64,000 nt of DNA from a virus. Shown here in pieces: positions 1 through 8,193 of the stretch. A model generated the notes under the pieces. That model made no database searches and was not told the DNA's origin. It saw only the letters and a list, made by a program, of their open reading frames with translations. Made by a program: the position numbers and the translations under genes. How positions within the stretch are numbered: position 1 is the stretch's first letter; each line of letters opens with the position of its first letter. The stretch covers positions 1-64,000 of IMG/VR virus record IMGVR_UViG_3300028844_005363. The stretch is one strand, 5' to 3'.

Positions 1-2
1 TG

Positions 3-476
3 CAAACTTACAATGATTTGCAAAAAGAATACTTTAAATTAGTTGGTGACATAAACACCGCTAATCTCCAAAACACTATCACTTTAAATGGTGAGAAAGT
101 TAGTTTGGTTGTTGCAATTGAAATGCGTAACAATCTCGAATGGCAGAAAGATTTTGTACGAACCATCCATACTCAGGCTGTGAACATGGAGCGCCGTATC
201 TTAGAATCTAACACTGCTTTAGAAGAAGAGATTCAGCACGTTACTTTACGTAACAAAACAGATTCTATGGCTACAGCTGATGTACTAGAATTAGAAGAGC
301 AAACTCGTAACCGTCTGGAAAAAGCTAATAAAGCTATTATCCATGACCCGTTAAGTATTCGTCTAATGCATGAACGTGAAGCTGCGAAGTATACTGAGTT
401 ATGCGATGAATTGGATACTAAACTTAATATTGCTAATGCTACTATCACTATAGGTGTTGCAGCAGAAGCGAGTTAA
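3..476 (+). CDS. 5'-truncated alpha-helical protein, DIP1984/DUF6847-like
   Basis: Frame is open from the window start (QTYNDLQKEYF...). The pattern I-x-x-A-N...SLxxAIxxR...DP...ELDxxLNIANATITI resembles the DIP1984-like family as I remember it. Confidence 0.6.
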   Translation, partial: QTYNDLQKEYFKLVGDINTANLQNTITLNGEKVSLVVAIEMRNNLEWQKDFVRTIHTQAVNMERRILESNTALEEEIQHVTLRNKTDSMATADVLELEEQTRNRLEKANKAIIHDPLSIRLMHEREAAKYTELCDELDTKLNIANATITIGVAAEAS

Positions 477-603
477 TTTTAGTTGGTTTAATGTTGTGAC
501 GAACATTAAGAAAAGCAGTACCACACTTTACTACCTCAAACCATGTGGCTAAATAAAGGTTAGGAGTACTAATCATTCATTCTGATAAATGAAATGCTAG
601 GGA

Positions 604-672
604 ACTTTCGGTTACATGTTCGATTCATGTATGGGGTGCATACCCCATTAGCTCAATTGGTAGAGCAAAAGT
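604..672 (+). ncRNA. Circularly permuted tRNA-like module (T arm, closed acceptor stem, D arm; YrlA-like topology)
   Basis: ACTTT, CGGTT, T arm ACATG-TTCGATT-CATGT, acceptor ATGGGGT-GCAT-ACCCCAT, TA, D arm GCTC-AATTGGTA-GAGC, A, AAAGT. No anticodon loop and no free CCA end. Confidence 0.88.
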
Positions 673-703
673 CACGCATCGCTTTGAGGGAAGCTTAAAT
701 TCC

Positions 704-788
704 TCGTTAGCTGTCAGCATTTAGATTTGAGATGTTAGATTTGAAATATTAGATATTTTTTCTTCAGATATTTTTGAATAGATATGAG
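704..788 (+). repeat. 7-nt periodic NNNNNAG array inside the ncRNA
   Basis: TCGTTAG CTGTCAG CATTTAG ATTTGAG ATGTTAG ATTTGAA ATATTAG ... TGAATAG ATATGAG. Confidence 0.75.
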
Positions 789-930
789 TTGTCACTAAAT
801 CCTAGACTCAAGTTTACAATGGTTTACTACTTACCAGTTAATGTACTCTAGGCTGTCACACCATTAAACAGGTCTAAGCAATAGACTAAAAACAACCGGC
901 TGGTTCACGATACGAACCACTCAAATTTTG

Positions 931-967
931 TAAGCCATTAGATGTAATTATCTAATGGCTTTTTTTA
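931..967 (+). terminator. Rho-independent terminator
   Basis: AAGCCATTAGAT-gtaatt-ATCTAATGGCTT followed by a T run. Confidence 0.85.
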
Positions 968-991
968 TTTAGAACTAAGAGGTAATCACCT

Positions 992-1822
992 ATGTTAAAA
1001 GTAACTACCCAAGAGCATTTAGAAGATTCTCTTGCTAATATCTTCCGTATTTTTAGTGGAAGCCACGGCACTATTCGTCCTCATTTTATTCTTACTGGTG
1101 CTAGTGGCACAGGCAAGACTTACACAGTGCAAACATTCTGTGACAACATGAGCATCCCATTTGTAGAAATCAATGCAGCTACTCTTACTAAAGAAGGTAC
1201 TAGTGGTAACAGCCTGTCTAAATCTATGGCTAAGTTAGCTCAGTACCAGGGTATGCCTGTTGTATGTTTCGTAGATGAGTTCGATAAATTATTCTTAGCC
1301 GCTAACACATTAGCCGGTGGTGCTGCTGAAACTACATTAGGCGTTCAGAATGAGTTTCTAAAGGTTATTGAATCAGGCACGGCAGAAGTTATGGGTGAAT
1401 ATGGTAAATACCCTGAGATCAACGTAGAGAACGTTTTGTTCGTATTCGCAGGTGCATTTAATGGTGAAGCTAATATCACTACTAATCGTTTACATGAGCT
1501 AGGTGTTAAAACCGAGTTCCTTGGTCGTGTTGGTTTACTGTATGAAACTAATCCAGTCACATTAGATATGCTTTTCGAGATCCTTGAAAACTCTGAATTG
1601 CTTGATCAATACATGGAAATGTATGGTGACACAGAAAATCGTGATGATGTTATTAATGCCATTAAACCAGTCATTGCACAGCAGCATGAAAAGAGCACTA
1701 TCGGTGCACGTATGATTGCTACCCTTATTCATAAATACTTTATCCAAAGCGGTGTGGTTGAAGTAGATGTAATTACCACGCCTAAAACCAAAAGTAAGCT
1801 TACATTTAGTAAGCGAAAGTAA
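992..1822 (+). CDS. ClpX/HslU-clade AAA+ ATPase (minimal, no Zn domain)
   Basis: Walker A GASGTGKT, Walker B FVDEFDK, VQNEFLKVIE, FVFAGAF and EFLGRV match ClpX/HslU signatures; SD GAGG. Confidence 0.8.
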   Translation: MLKVTTQEHLEDSLANIFRIFSGSHGTIRPHFILTGASGTGKTYTVQTFCDNMSIPFVEINAATLTKEGTSGNSLSKSMAKLAQYQGMPVVCFVDEFDKLFLAANTLAGGAAETTLGVQNEFLKVIESGTAEVMGEYGKYPEINVENVLFVFAGAFNGEANITTNRLHELGVKTEFLGRVGLLYETNPVTLDMLFEILENSELLDQYMEMYGDTENRDDVINAIKPVIAQQHEKSTIGARMIATLIHKYFIQSGVVEVDVITTPKTKSKLTFSKRK

Positions 1823-1832
1823 AGGGGCGTAA

Positions 1833-2804
1833 ATGCTATACAACGAGAAGGAAGTAGACCTATCTGTTGCATTATGGTTAGCAACAGACACGTACGATCA
1901 TGACGATACTGTCATTAGTGCTACAGGGCTTATCAAACCATTAAAGAAAATCATCCTAGCTGGTCGTGTACCTGACGCTGAACGTATGGGAGATGTAATC
2001 AACAATGTTGCATCATCTATAGGCACAGCGGTTCACGACTCGATAGAGAGTGCTTGGGTTAACAACTACAAAGAATCATTAGCTAACATGGGTTATTCCA
2101 AGGCAGTTATTGATAGTGTATTGGTTAATCCAACTGTTGAAGAACGCAAAGCCAACCCTGATAAAGCGTATGTATTTACAGAGCGTCGTACCAAAAAAGT
2201 AATTGATGGTGTGACTATATCAGGTGAGTATGATTTCTGTGCTGAAGGTCGAGTGGAAGATTTCAAAACCACTGGTACTTACACGTACGAGAAAAATACT
2301 AAGGAAAACGAGTACCGCTTACAAGGTAGTATCTATCGTTGGCTTGACCCAGAAATAATCACTCAGGACGTTATGACTATTCAGTATATCTTTACTGACT
2401 GGAAACGTAACCCGATTATGGCTGGTCCTAACTACCCTAAAGCTGCTGTGGAATCTCAGACAATAGAACTACTGTCTTATGAAGAAACAGAAGCTTGGAT
2501 TAAAAATAAATTAGCTGATATTGAGAAGTATAAAGATTTACCTGAATCTGAAATACCTCGATGCACTCAGGAAGATTTATGGCAGGATGACGCTAAGTAT
2601 AAATACTATGCTGACCCTCTTAAGGTAGGTGGGCGTTCAACTAAAAACTTTAATTCTGGTGTAGAAGCCGAACAATGGAAGAACGATAAAGGCAAAGGTA
2701 TCGTCGTAGAAGAGTTAGGTAAAGTGAGAGCTTGCGCCTATTGTGATGGTTTCTCTGCTTGTAAACAAAAAGATGAATACATGACCTTAGGTATTCTAGT
2801 TTAA
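1833..2804 (+). CDS. PD-(D/E)xK-type nuclease, N4 gp42-like
   Basis: GTAVHDSIE, ISGEYDF, EDFKTT, YRLQGSIY and a C-terminal CxxC...C cluster; syntenic before the primase. Confidence 0.75.
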   Translation: MLYNEKEVDLSVALWLATDTYDHDDTVISATGLIKPLKKIILAGRVPDAERMGDVINNVASSIGTAVHDSIESAWVNNYKESLANMGYSKAVIDSVLVNPTVEERKANPDKAYVFTERRTKKVIDGVTISGEYDFCAEGRVEDFKTTGTYTYEKNTKENEYRLQGSIYRWLDPEIITQDVMTIQYIFTDWKRNPIMAGPNYPKAAVESQTIELLSYEETEAWIKNKLADIEKYKDLPESEIPRCTQEDLWQDDAKYKYYADPLKVGGRSTKNFNSGVEAEQWKNDKGKGIVVEELGKVRACAYCDGFSACKQKDEYMTLGILV

Positions 2805-2811
2805 TTTAATT

Positions 2812-2843
2812 AAAGACCAGCAGTTTTGTTGGTCTTTTTATTT
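2812..2843 (+). terminator. Rho-independent terminator
   Basis: AAAGACCAGCA/TGTTGGTCTTT stem followed by T-rich tail. Confidence 0.6.
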
Positions 2844-2852
2844 GGAAAAATT

Positions 2853-3185
2853 ATGAACATTTTAAATATTATTTTATTCGTATGCAGTGTTGCACTGGTT
2901 TACGTTCTGTTCTTTTTTAAAAGAAAAAAGCATCCTGTTACCGAAGTACTGGTTACACGATCAGTAAAACCAAGCAAAAGAAAAGTGTATGATACGACTC
3001 CTTTTACAGATTCCCAAGTAGAGTACATAAAAAGAAGATTTGCTTTAAACAAAGTTTGTCTCCCAAAGCATAGAGTTACGCAGCTAGAATTAACAATCTA
3101 CTTAAATGCCACGTTTGGTTTAAATAAATCTGTAACTGCGTACCGCCGTGTTTGGAAAAATGAAACTAATAAACAGGAGAACTAA
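2853..3185 (+). CDS. Membrane-anchored hypothetical protein with HTH-like C-terminus
   Basis: N-terminal hydrophobic helix, basic linker, TQLELTIYLNATFGLNKSVTAYRRVW. Confidence 0.55.
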   Translation: MNILNIILFVCSVALVYVLFFFKRKKHPVTEVLVTRSVKPSKRKVYDTTPFTDSQVEYIKRRFALNKVCLPKHRVTQLELTIYLNATFGLNKSVTAYRRVWKNETNKQEN

Positions 3186-5335
3186 TGTTAGATTTAGAAA
3201 CGGTTGAGCATAATTCCATATCAGAGGGATTAGTAGACATCATGTGTGAAAAGACACAAAGTGAATGTCCGCAATTCTTCCGTGTTTTGGTAGCTTATTA
3301 CTTTGGTAAGGTGGCTTCTTCAATGCGAGCCACGGTTAAAACTATTGATAGAGGTGTACTACCTATTAATATTTATGCCATTAACCTAGCACCGTCAGGT
3401 ACAGGTAAAGGCTTATCTACAAATATTATGGAAGAGTCAGTTCTAAAAGGTTTCCGTGATAAATTCATGGAAGAAACCTTTCCTGTATTAGCTGAGAAAA
3501 ATCTAATCCATTTAGCTAACAAGCGTGCCTTGAAAGATGACTTGGATACTGATACGGCTCTTGCGCGTGTTCAGGAAGAGTTTTACACAGCAGGTGAACT
3601 CGCATTCTCATTTGATAGTGCAACGACCGCAGCAGTTAAACAGATGCGCCACAAACTACTAATGGCTAATGCTGGTTCTGTGAACATGGAGATTGATGAA
3701 ATTGGTTCAAATCTTCTAGGTAACGTAGATGTACTTACCGCATTCCTTGAATTATACGATGTAGGTAAAATCAAACAGAAGCTAACCAAGAATACTAAAG
3801 AAAATATTCGTGGTGCTGAAATTGATGGTCGTACACCTACTAACATGATGTTGTTTGGTACTGCATCTAAGTTGCTTAATGGTGGTAAGACAGAAGAAGA
3901 ATTTTATTCTATGTTAGACACCGGGTACGCTAGACGTTGTATTTTTGGTTATGTTAAAGATAATCCAAAGAACCTAGAATTAACGCCTATGCAGTTATTG
4001 AAGCAGATGCGTAACAACACCAGTACAGCATTCTTAGAAGAGCTTAACGAACAGTTCACTAACCTAGCTGACATCATAAACTTTAATCGTGAGATAGAAG
4101 TAAGTGAAGCTGTAACACTAATCTACTTAGAATATAAAATAGATTGTGAGCGCCGTGCACATGAGCTGTTAGAGCATGATGAAATTCGTAAGGCTGAGTT
4201 ATCTCACCGTTACTTTAAAGCCATAAAAGTAGCAGCTACTTATGCTTTCATTGAAGATACTTATGAGATTACCGAAGCTCAAATGTACAGTGCAATTAAG
4301 TTGGTTGAAGAAGCTGGTGAGTCTTTCAAAGGGTTATTAACCCGTGATAGAAACTATGTGAAATTAGCTAAGTATGTTGCTGCTGTTCGTGGCGAAGTAT
4401 CACATGTTGACCTAGTGGAAGATTTACCATTCTACAAAGGCAGCGAGTCAGCTAAACGTGAATTACTAAACCTAGCTATAGCTTATGGTTACAAGAATAA
4501 TATTATCATCAAGAAAATGTTCAATGATGGTATTGAGTTCTTGCGTGGTGAAACACTTCAAGAAGCTGATAATGAAAATCTATGGTTATCACATAGTGAT
4601 GATCAAGCCTATCGTTATGAGTTTGACGATGAAGTGCCTTTTAGTAGTATATCAGAGTTGACCCAATTGGATGATCACCATTGGATTACTCACAAAGTAC
4701 TCGAAGGTCATCGTTGTGAAGAAAAGTGTGTTCCTGGTTTCAATATGATTGTTATTGATATAGATGATGGTTTCCCTATCGAAGCGGCAGTTAAACTAAT
4801 GGAAAATTATACCTTCCATTTATATACCACTAAACGCCACACCGCTAAAGTAAACCGTTATCGTATGGTATTCCCACTTAACTACATATTGAAGTTAGAT
4901 GCAGCAGACTTCAAAGAGTTCATGAATAATTTTTATGAGTGGCTACCATTTGATGTAGATACTGAGACAAACCAACGTTCTCGTAAGTGGTTAACTCATA
5001 ATGGTTCATTCATTGATAACGAAGGTGAGTCAATAGACGCGCTACCATTCATACCTAAAACCAGTAAGAATGAGGAACGTAAGAAGCAGTTACTCGATAC
5101 CGGTTCATTAACTAACTTGGAACGTTGGTTTGTGGATAATACTGGTAATGGTAATCGCAGCAATCAAATGATCAAGTACGCATTGATGCTGGTCGAGAAT
5201 GGTCTTGATTTAGTTGATGTACGACAGTACGTATTAGACTTTAACGAGAAGCTACCTGATAAGATGACCGAGAAGGAAATCAGTAGAACTATTTTGGTTA
5301 GCGCAGCAAAAGCTATTGCCGCTAGAGATGCTTAA
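3185..5335 (+). CDS. DNA primase, N4 gp43-like
   Basis: APSGTGKG P-loop, DEIGSNLL, C-terminal AEP-like DIDDG and YTTKRH, PriCT-like GNRSNQMIKYALML; N4 synteny. Confidence 0.85.
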   Translation: MLDLETVEHNSISEGLVDIMCEKTQSECPQFFRVLVAYYFGKVASSMRATVKTIDRGVLPINIYAINLAPSGTGKGLSTNIMEESVLKGFRDKFMEETFPVLAEKNLIHLANKRALKDDLDTDTALARVQEEFYTAGELAFSFDSATTAAVKQMRHKLLMANAGSVNMEIDEIGSNLLGNVDVLTAFLELYDVGKIKQKLTKNTKENIRGAEIDGRTPTNMMLFGTASKLLNGGKTEEEFYSMLDTGYARRCIFGYVKDNPKNLELTPMQLLKQMRNNTSTAFLEELNEQFTNLADIINFNREIEVSEAVTLIYLEYKIDCERRAHELLEHDEIRKAELSHRYFKAIKVAATYAFIEDTYEITEAQMYSAIKLVEEAGESFKGLLTRDRNYVKLAKYVAAVRGEVSHVDLVEDLPFYKGSESAKRELLNLAIAYGYKNNIIIKKMFNDGIEFLRGETLQEADNENLWLSHSDDQAYRYEFDDEVPFSSISELTQLDDHHWITHKVLEGHRCEEKCVPGFNMIVIDIDDGFPIEAAVKLMENYTFHLYTTKRHTAKVNRYRMVFPLNYILKLDAADFKEFMNNFYEWLPFDVDTETNQRSRKWLTHNGSFIDNEGESIDALPFIPKTSKNEERKKQLLDTGSLTNLERWFVDNTGNGNRSNQMIKYALMLVENGLDLVDVRQYVLDFNEKLPDKMTEKEISRTILVSAAKAIAARDA

Positions 5336-5340
5336 TTTAT

Positions 5341-5361
5341 GGGGCATACGCCCCTTTATTT
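5341..5361 (+). terminator. Short terminator
   Basis: GGGGC-atac-GCCCC followed by TTTATTT. Confidence 0.55.
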
Positions 5362-5382
5362 GATAATCCAATAGGAGCATTT

Positions 5383-6150
5383 ATGCTAGATAAATCACAA
5401 CCTGACGAGGTTGAAGAAGAAGAGTACGAGAATGACAACTTAGTACTTATTTGTGGTAAAGCATCTACAGGTAAATCGCGAAGCTTGAAACACCTTAAGA
5501 ACCCAGAAGGTGTTATTTATTTAAACTGTGAACATAAGAAATTACCTTATCGTTCAGATTTTTTACAAGCCAAAATTACCGACCCATACCAAGTGTATGA
5601 TGCGTTTGAAGAAGCTGAAAATGACCCAGAAATTCATACAATAGTTATTGATACTCTTACATTCCTTATGGATATGTTCGAGACAAAGCATATTGTTGGT
5701 TCTGCTAATACTCAGCAAGGTTGGGGCGATTACTTCCAATTTGCTAAGAAATTATTTTCACACTACATTGCTACGTCTAGTAAGAATGTTATTATTCTTG
5801 CTCATACTTCTGATACTGAAGTGACTGAAGGTAATGCTGTTAGTTTTGAAACTTTAGTGAAAGTTAAAGGTTCATTGATGAACGTAGGTATTGAATCATT
5901 TTTCAGTACTATTGTTCTTACTAAGCGTATGCCTGTTAAGAAACTTAAGAAGTACGAAAATTCTTTACTTTCTTACAGTGAGAAAGAAGAACGTCTTGGC
6001 TTCAAGTACGTGTTCCAAACCATGCAGACTAAAGAAACTGTCAATGAGCGTATGCGCGCATCAGATGATATGTGGGATGATTCTGAAACCTTTATTGATA
6101 ACGATGCTCAATTAGTAATGAGTCGTCTTCATGAATACTACGCCGATTAA
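5383..6150 (+). CDS. Sak4-like AAA_24 ssDNA-annealing ATPase, N4 gp44-like
   Basis: GKASTGKS, IVIDTLTFLMD, ILAH, VKGSLM..GIES. Confidence 0.85.
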   Translation: MLDKSQPDEVEEEEYENDNLVLICGKASTGKSRSLKHLKNPEGVIYLNCEHKKLPYRSDFLQAKITDPYQVYDAFEEAENDPEIHTIVIDTLTFLMDMFETKHIVGSANTQQGWGDYFQFAKKLFSHYIATSSKNVIILAHTSDTEVTEGNAVSFETLVKVKGSLMNVGIESFFSTIVLTKRMPVKKLKKYENSLLSYSEKEERLGFKYVFQTMQTKETVNERMRASDDMWDDSETFIDNDAQLVMSRLHEYYAD

Positions 6151-6163
6151 TTAGAGAGATATT

Positions 6164-6913
6164 ATGTCATTTTTAAAAGCACTAAAAACGAAAGAAAAAG
6201 TAGAAGCACCGATTGACCGTCTTGGTGGATCAACAGTTCGCCCATCAGGTGTTGAACTTTTCAAAATTAAAAACATTTACTTCTTAGCTGCAGATTCTGG
6301 CGCAATGATGTGTTACTTAACTGCTACCGATTCTAAAGGTTTAGATTACCGTGAATCGTTATGTGTTGCTTCAGGTGATGCTAAAGGTAATTCACCTACT
6401 TACAAAGATAAAAACACTGGCGCATTAAACTTCCTGCCTGGTTATAACATCGTTAATGCTCTTGCGATGCTTACTATCGAAACTGATATTACTGACCTTG
6501 AAACTGAAACCATCACAGTTAAGCATTACTCTAAAGCTGCAAGTAAAGAAATTCCTACAGAAGTAGAAGTTGTGACTGACATGATCGGTCAAGAAGTTCA
6601 GCTAGCTATCAAGCATGTTATCAAGAACAAGCAAGAACTTGTTTCTGGTAAGTACGTTGACGTTAATGAAGAGCGCGCATTCAACGAAATTGGTTCAGTA
6701 TTTGAAGCTGATTCAGGTCATACACTACAAGAAGCTTTAGAAGGCGTTGAGCCTGAATTTAAAGACAAGTGGTTAGAAAAGTATGAAGGTAAGCCATTCA
6801 ATACTTACAAAGAAGTAAAAGGCGGTGGTGGTGGTAACTCTGTAACTAGCGGCGGTAACAAAGGTGATGCTGATGCAGGCAAACCTAAAAAATCAATGTT
6901 CAATAAAAAGTAA
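6164..6913 (+). CDS. Single-stranded DNA-binding protein / late transcription activator, N4SSB (gp45)-like
   Basis: DRLGG, SGA, FLPGYN, Gly-rich tail ending SMFNKK; synteny. Confidence 0.8.
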   Translation: MSFLKALKTKEKVEAPIDRLGGSTVRPSGVELFKIKNIYFLAADSGAMMCYLTATDSKGLDYRESLCVASGDAKGNSPTYKDKNTGALNFLPGYNIVNALAMLTIETDITDLETETITVKHYSKAASKEIPTEVEVVTDMIGQEVQLAIKHVIKNKQELVSGKYVDVNEERAFNEIGSVFEADSGHTLQEALEGVEPEFKDKWLEKYEGKPFNTYKEVKGGGGGNSVTSGGNKGDADAGKPKKSMFNKK

Positions 6914-6932
6914 TAATTAAATCTTCTAACAT

Positions 6933-6960
6933 AAGGCTACTTAGGTAGCCTTTTTTATTT
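6933..6960 (+). terminator. Rho-independent terminator
   Basis: AAGGCTAC-ttag-GTAGCCTT followed by TTTTATTT. Confidence 0.85.
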
Positions 6961-6969
6961 GAGGAAATT

Positions 6970-7539
6970 ATGGCTATTTTGAATATTGGGGGTTTCGACC
7001 CTTCCATGAAAAACTTTGGTTTAGTTAAAGCCAAGTTGGATATGGACGAAGGTTATTTGTCTGACCTTGAATTATCATTGGTACAAACCAGTGTTGATAC
7101 TAAAAACAAAAAAGTATTGCGTAAAAATGTGCAAGACTTTGAACGCGCCCAGAAGCTCTTTAAGGAGACATCGGCATTCTTTGAGGGATTGGACGTTATA
7201 TGTGTTGAACTGCCTGTAGGTAGTCAATCAGCAGCAGCCATGAAGAGCTACGGTGTTTGTATTGCACTGACAGCAGCATTGAATATACCGATTATCTATG
7301 TAACAGCTACTGAGGTAAAACTAGCTGGTCACGGAACCAAAAACGCGACTAAGCAACAAATGATTGATTGGGTCGTAAACGAGTACCCAGAGCTTCCATG
7401 GCTCCGTTACAAGAAACATGGGGTAATGGTCTTGAATAGTGCAAATGAACACTTAGCTGACGCTATTGCAGCCCTTCACGCTGGCGTTCAAACCGATCAA
7501 TTTGAAATTTATAAACGTTTATATACAGGAACAAAGTAA
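6970..7539 (+). CDS. RuvC-like Holliday junction resolvase, gp46-like
   Basis: GFDPSMKNFG, VELPVGSQS, ATKQQMI, EHLADAIAA. Confidence 0.85.
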   Translation: MAILNIGGFDPSMKNFGLVKAKLDMDEGYLSDLELSLVQTSVDTKNKKVLRKNVQDFERAQKLFKETSAFFEGLDVICVELPVGSQSAAAMKSYGVCIALTAALNIPIIYVTATEVKLAGHGTKNATKQQMIDWVVNEYPELPWLRYKKHGVMVLNSANEHLADAIAALHAGVQTDQFEIYKRLYTGTK

Positions 7540-7973
7540 TGGCTATTAAAATCCAGTTCGATGAAGCAGAATTAAAAGCAGCAGTTAAAGCACATTTAAA
7601 AGCTAAAATCCCTACAGCAGATGCAAGCACAGTGCAGTTAAACATTGTTGCGGGTCGTCAACCTACGGGTCCATATGCTGAAGTTGATTTTGAGTTTGAA
7701 TGTTTTACTCCTCAGACTGTATCGGATGAAGAAATTAAAGTTGAAGCTCCGGCGAAAACTACTCCATCTAAAAAAACTTTTTCTAAAAAAGTAGTTAAAG
7801 AAGTTGTTGTGACTGACCCAGAAGACACAGTAATTACTGAAGATGATACACCTCCTTTTGATCCAGCAGATGAAATCGAAACCAGCGAAGAAGAAGATGC
7901 TGCGGACGATGCGGAAGAAGAAGATACTCCAACTGAAACAAAACCGCGTAAAAAGTTATTCGGTAAAGCGTAA
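7539..7973 (+). CDS. Hypothetical protein, acidic tail with basic end
   Basis: Overlaps upstream stop (TAATG); ends KPRKKLFGKA. Confidence 0.7.
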   Translation: MAIKIQFDEAELKAAVKAHLKAKIPTADASTVQLNIVAGRQPTGPYAEVDFEFECFTPQTVSDEEIKVEAPAKTTPSKKTFSKKVVKEVVVTDPEDTVITEDDTPPFDPADEIETSEEEDAADDAEEEDTPTETKPRKKLFGKA

Positions 7974-8189
7974 TTGAAAAAAGGTTTCCGCAAAACATTT
8001 TCGGACTTCCGTGAAATTGTAGCAGGGCTAGCTTGTCTAGCTTTGTTACTTGGTTTCATAGCTTCTATTTCTTATATAGCAGTAGCACTAGTAGTATTAT
8101 TCTGCGTATTTGGTGTTATCTATGTAATTAAAGAGGCGGGGAAAGACCCATCCGAAGATGAGTCTACTGAGGATAAAGCTGAAAGGTAG
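7974..8189 (+). CDS. Small membrane protein
   Basis: Long hydrophobic stretch; last + gene before convergence with vRNAP. Confidence 0.55.
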   Translation: MKKGFRKTFSDFREIVAGLACLALLLGFIASISYIAVALVVLFCVFGVIYVIKEAGKDPSEDESTEDKAER

Positions 8190-8193
8190 CTAC

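Larger units (their letters stand above)
486..869 (+). ncRNA. Large structured ncRNA with permuted tRNA-like domain and heptamer array
   Basis: Lies in a ~515-nt gap with no ORF in the track. 486-501 pairs with 854-869. Internal stems: 512-516/681-685, 521-525/544-548, 558-563/569-574, 576-581/588-593, 686-691/700-705, 801-806/847-852. tRNA-like domain at 604-672; terminator downstream. Confidence 0.8.

Noticed and set aside
604-672. A conventional tRNA gene
   Set aside because: The arms are in T-acceptor-D order, there is no anticodon loop or CCA end, and the sequence after the D arm does not complete a cloverleaf.
704-788. CRISPR array or simple microsatellite
   Set aside because: Units are 7 nt and degenerate, with no spacers and no cas genes in the window.
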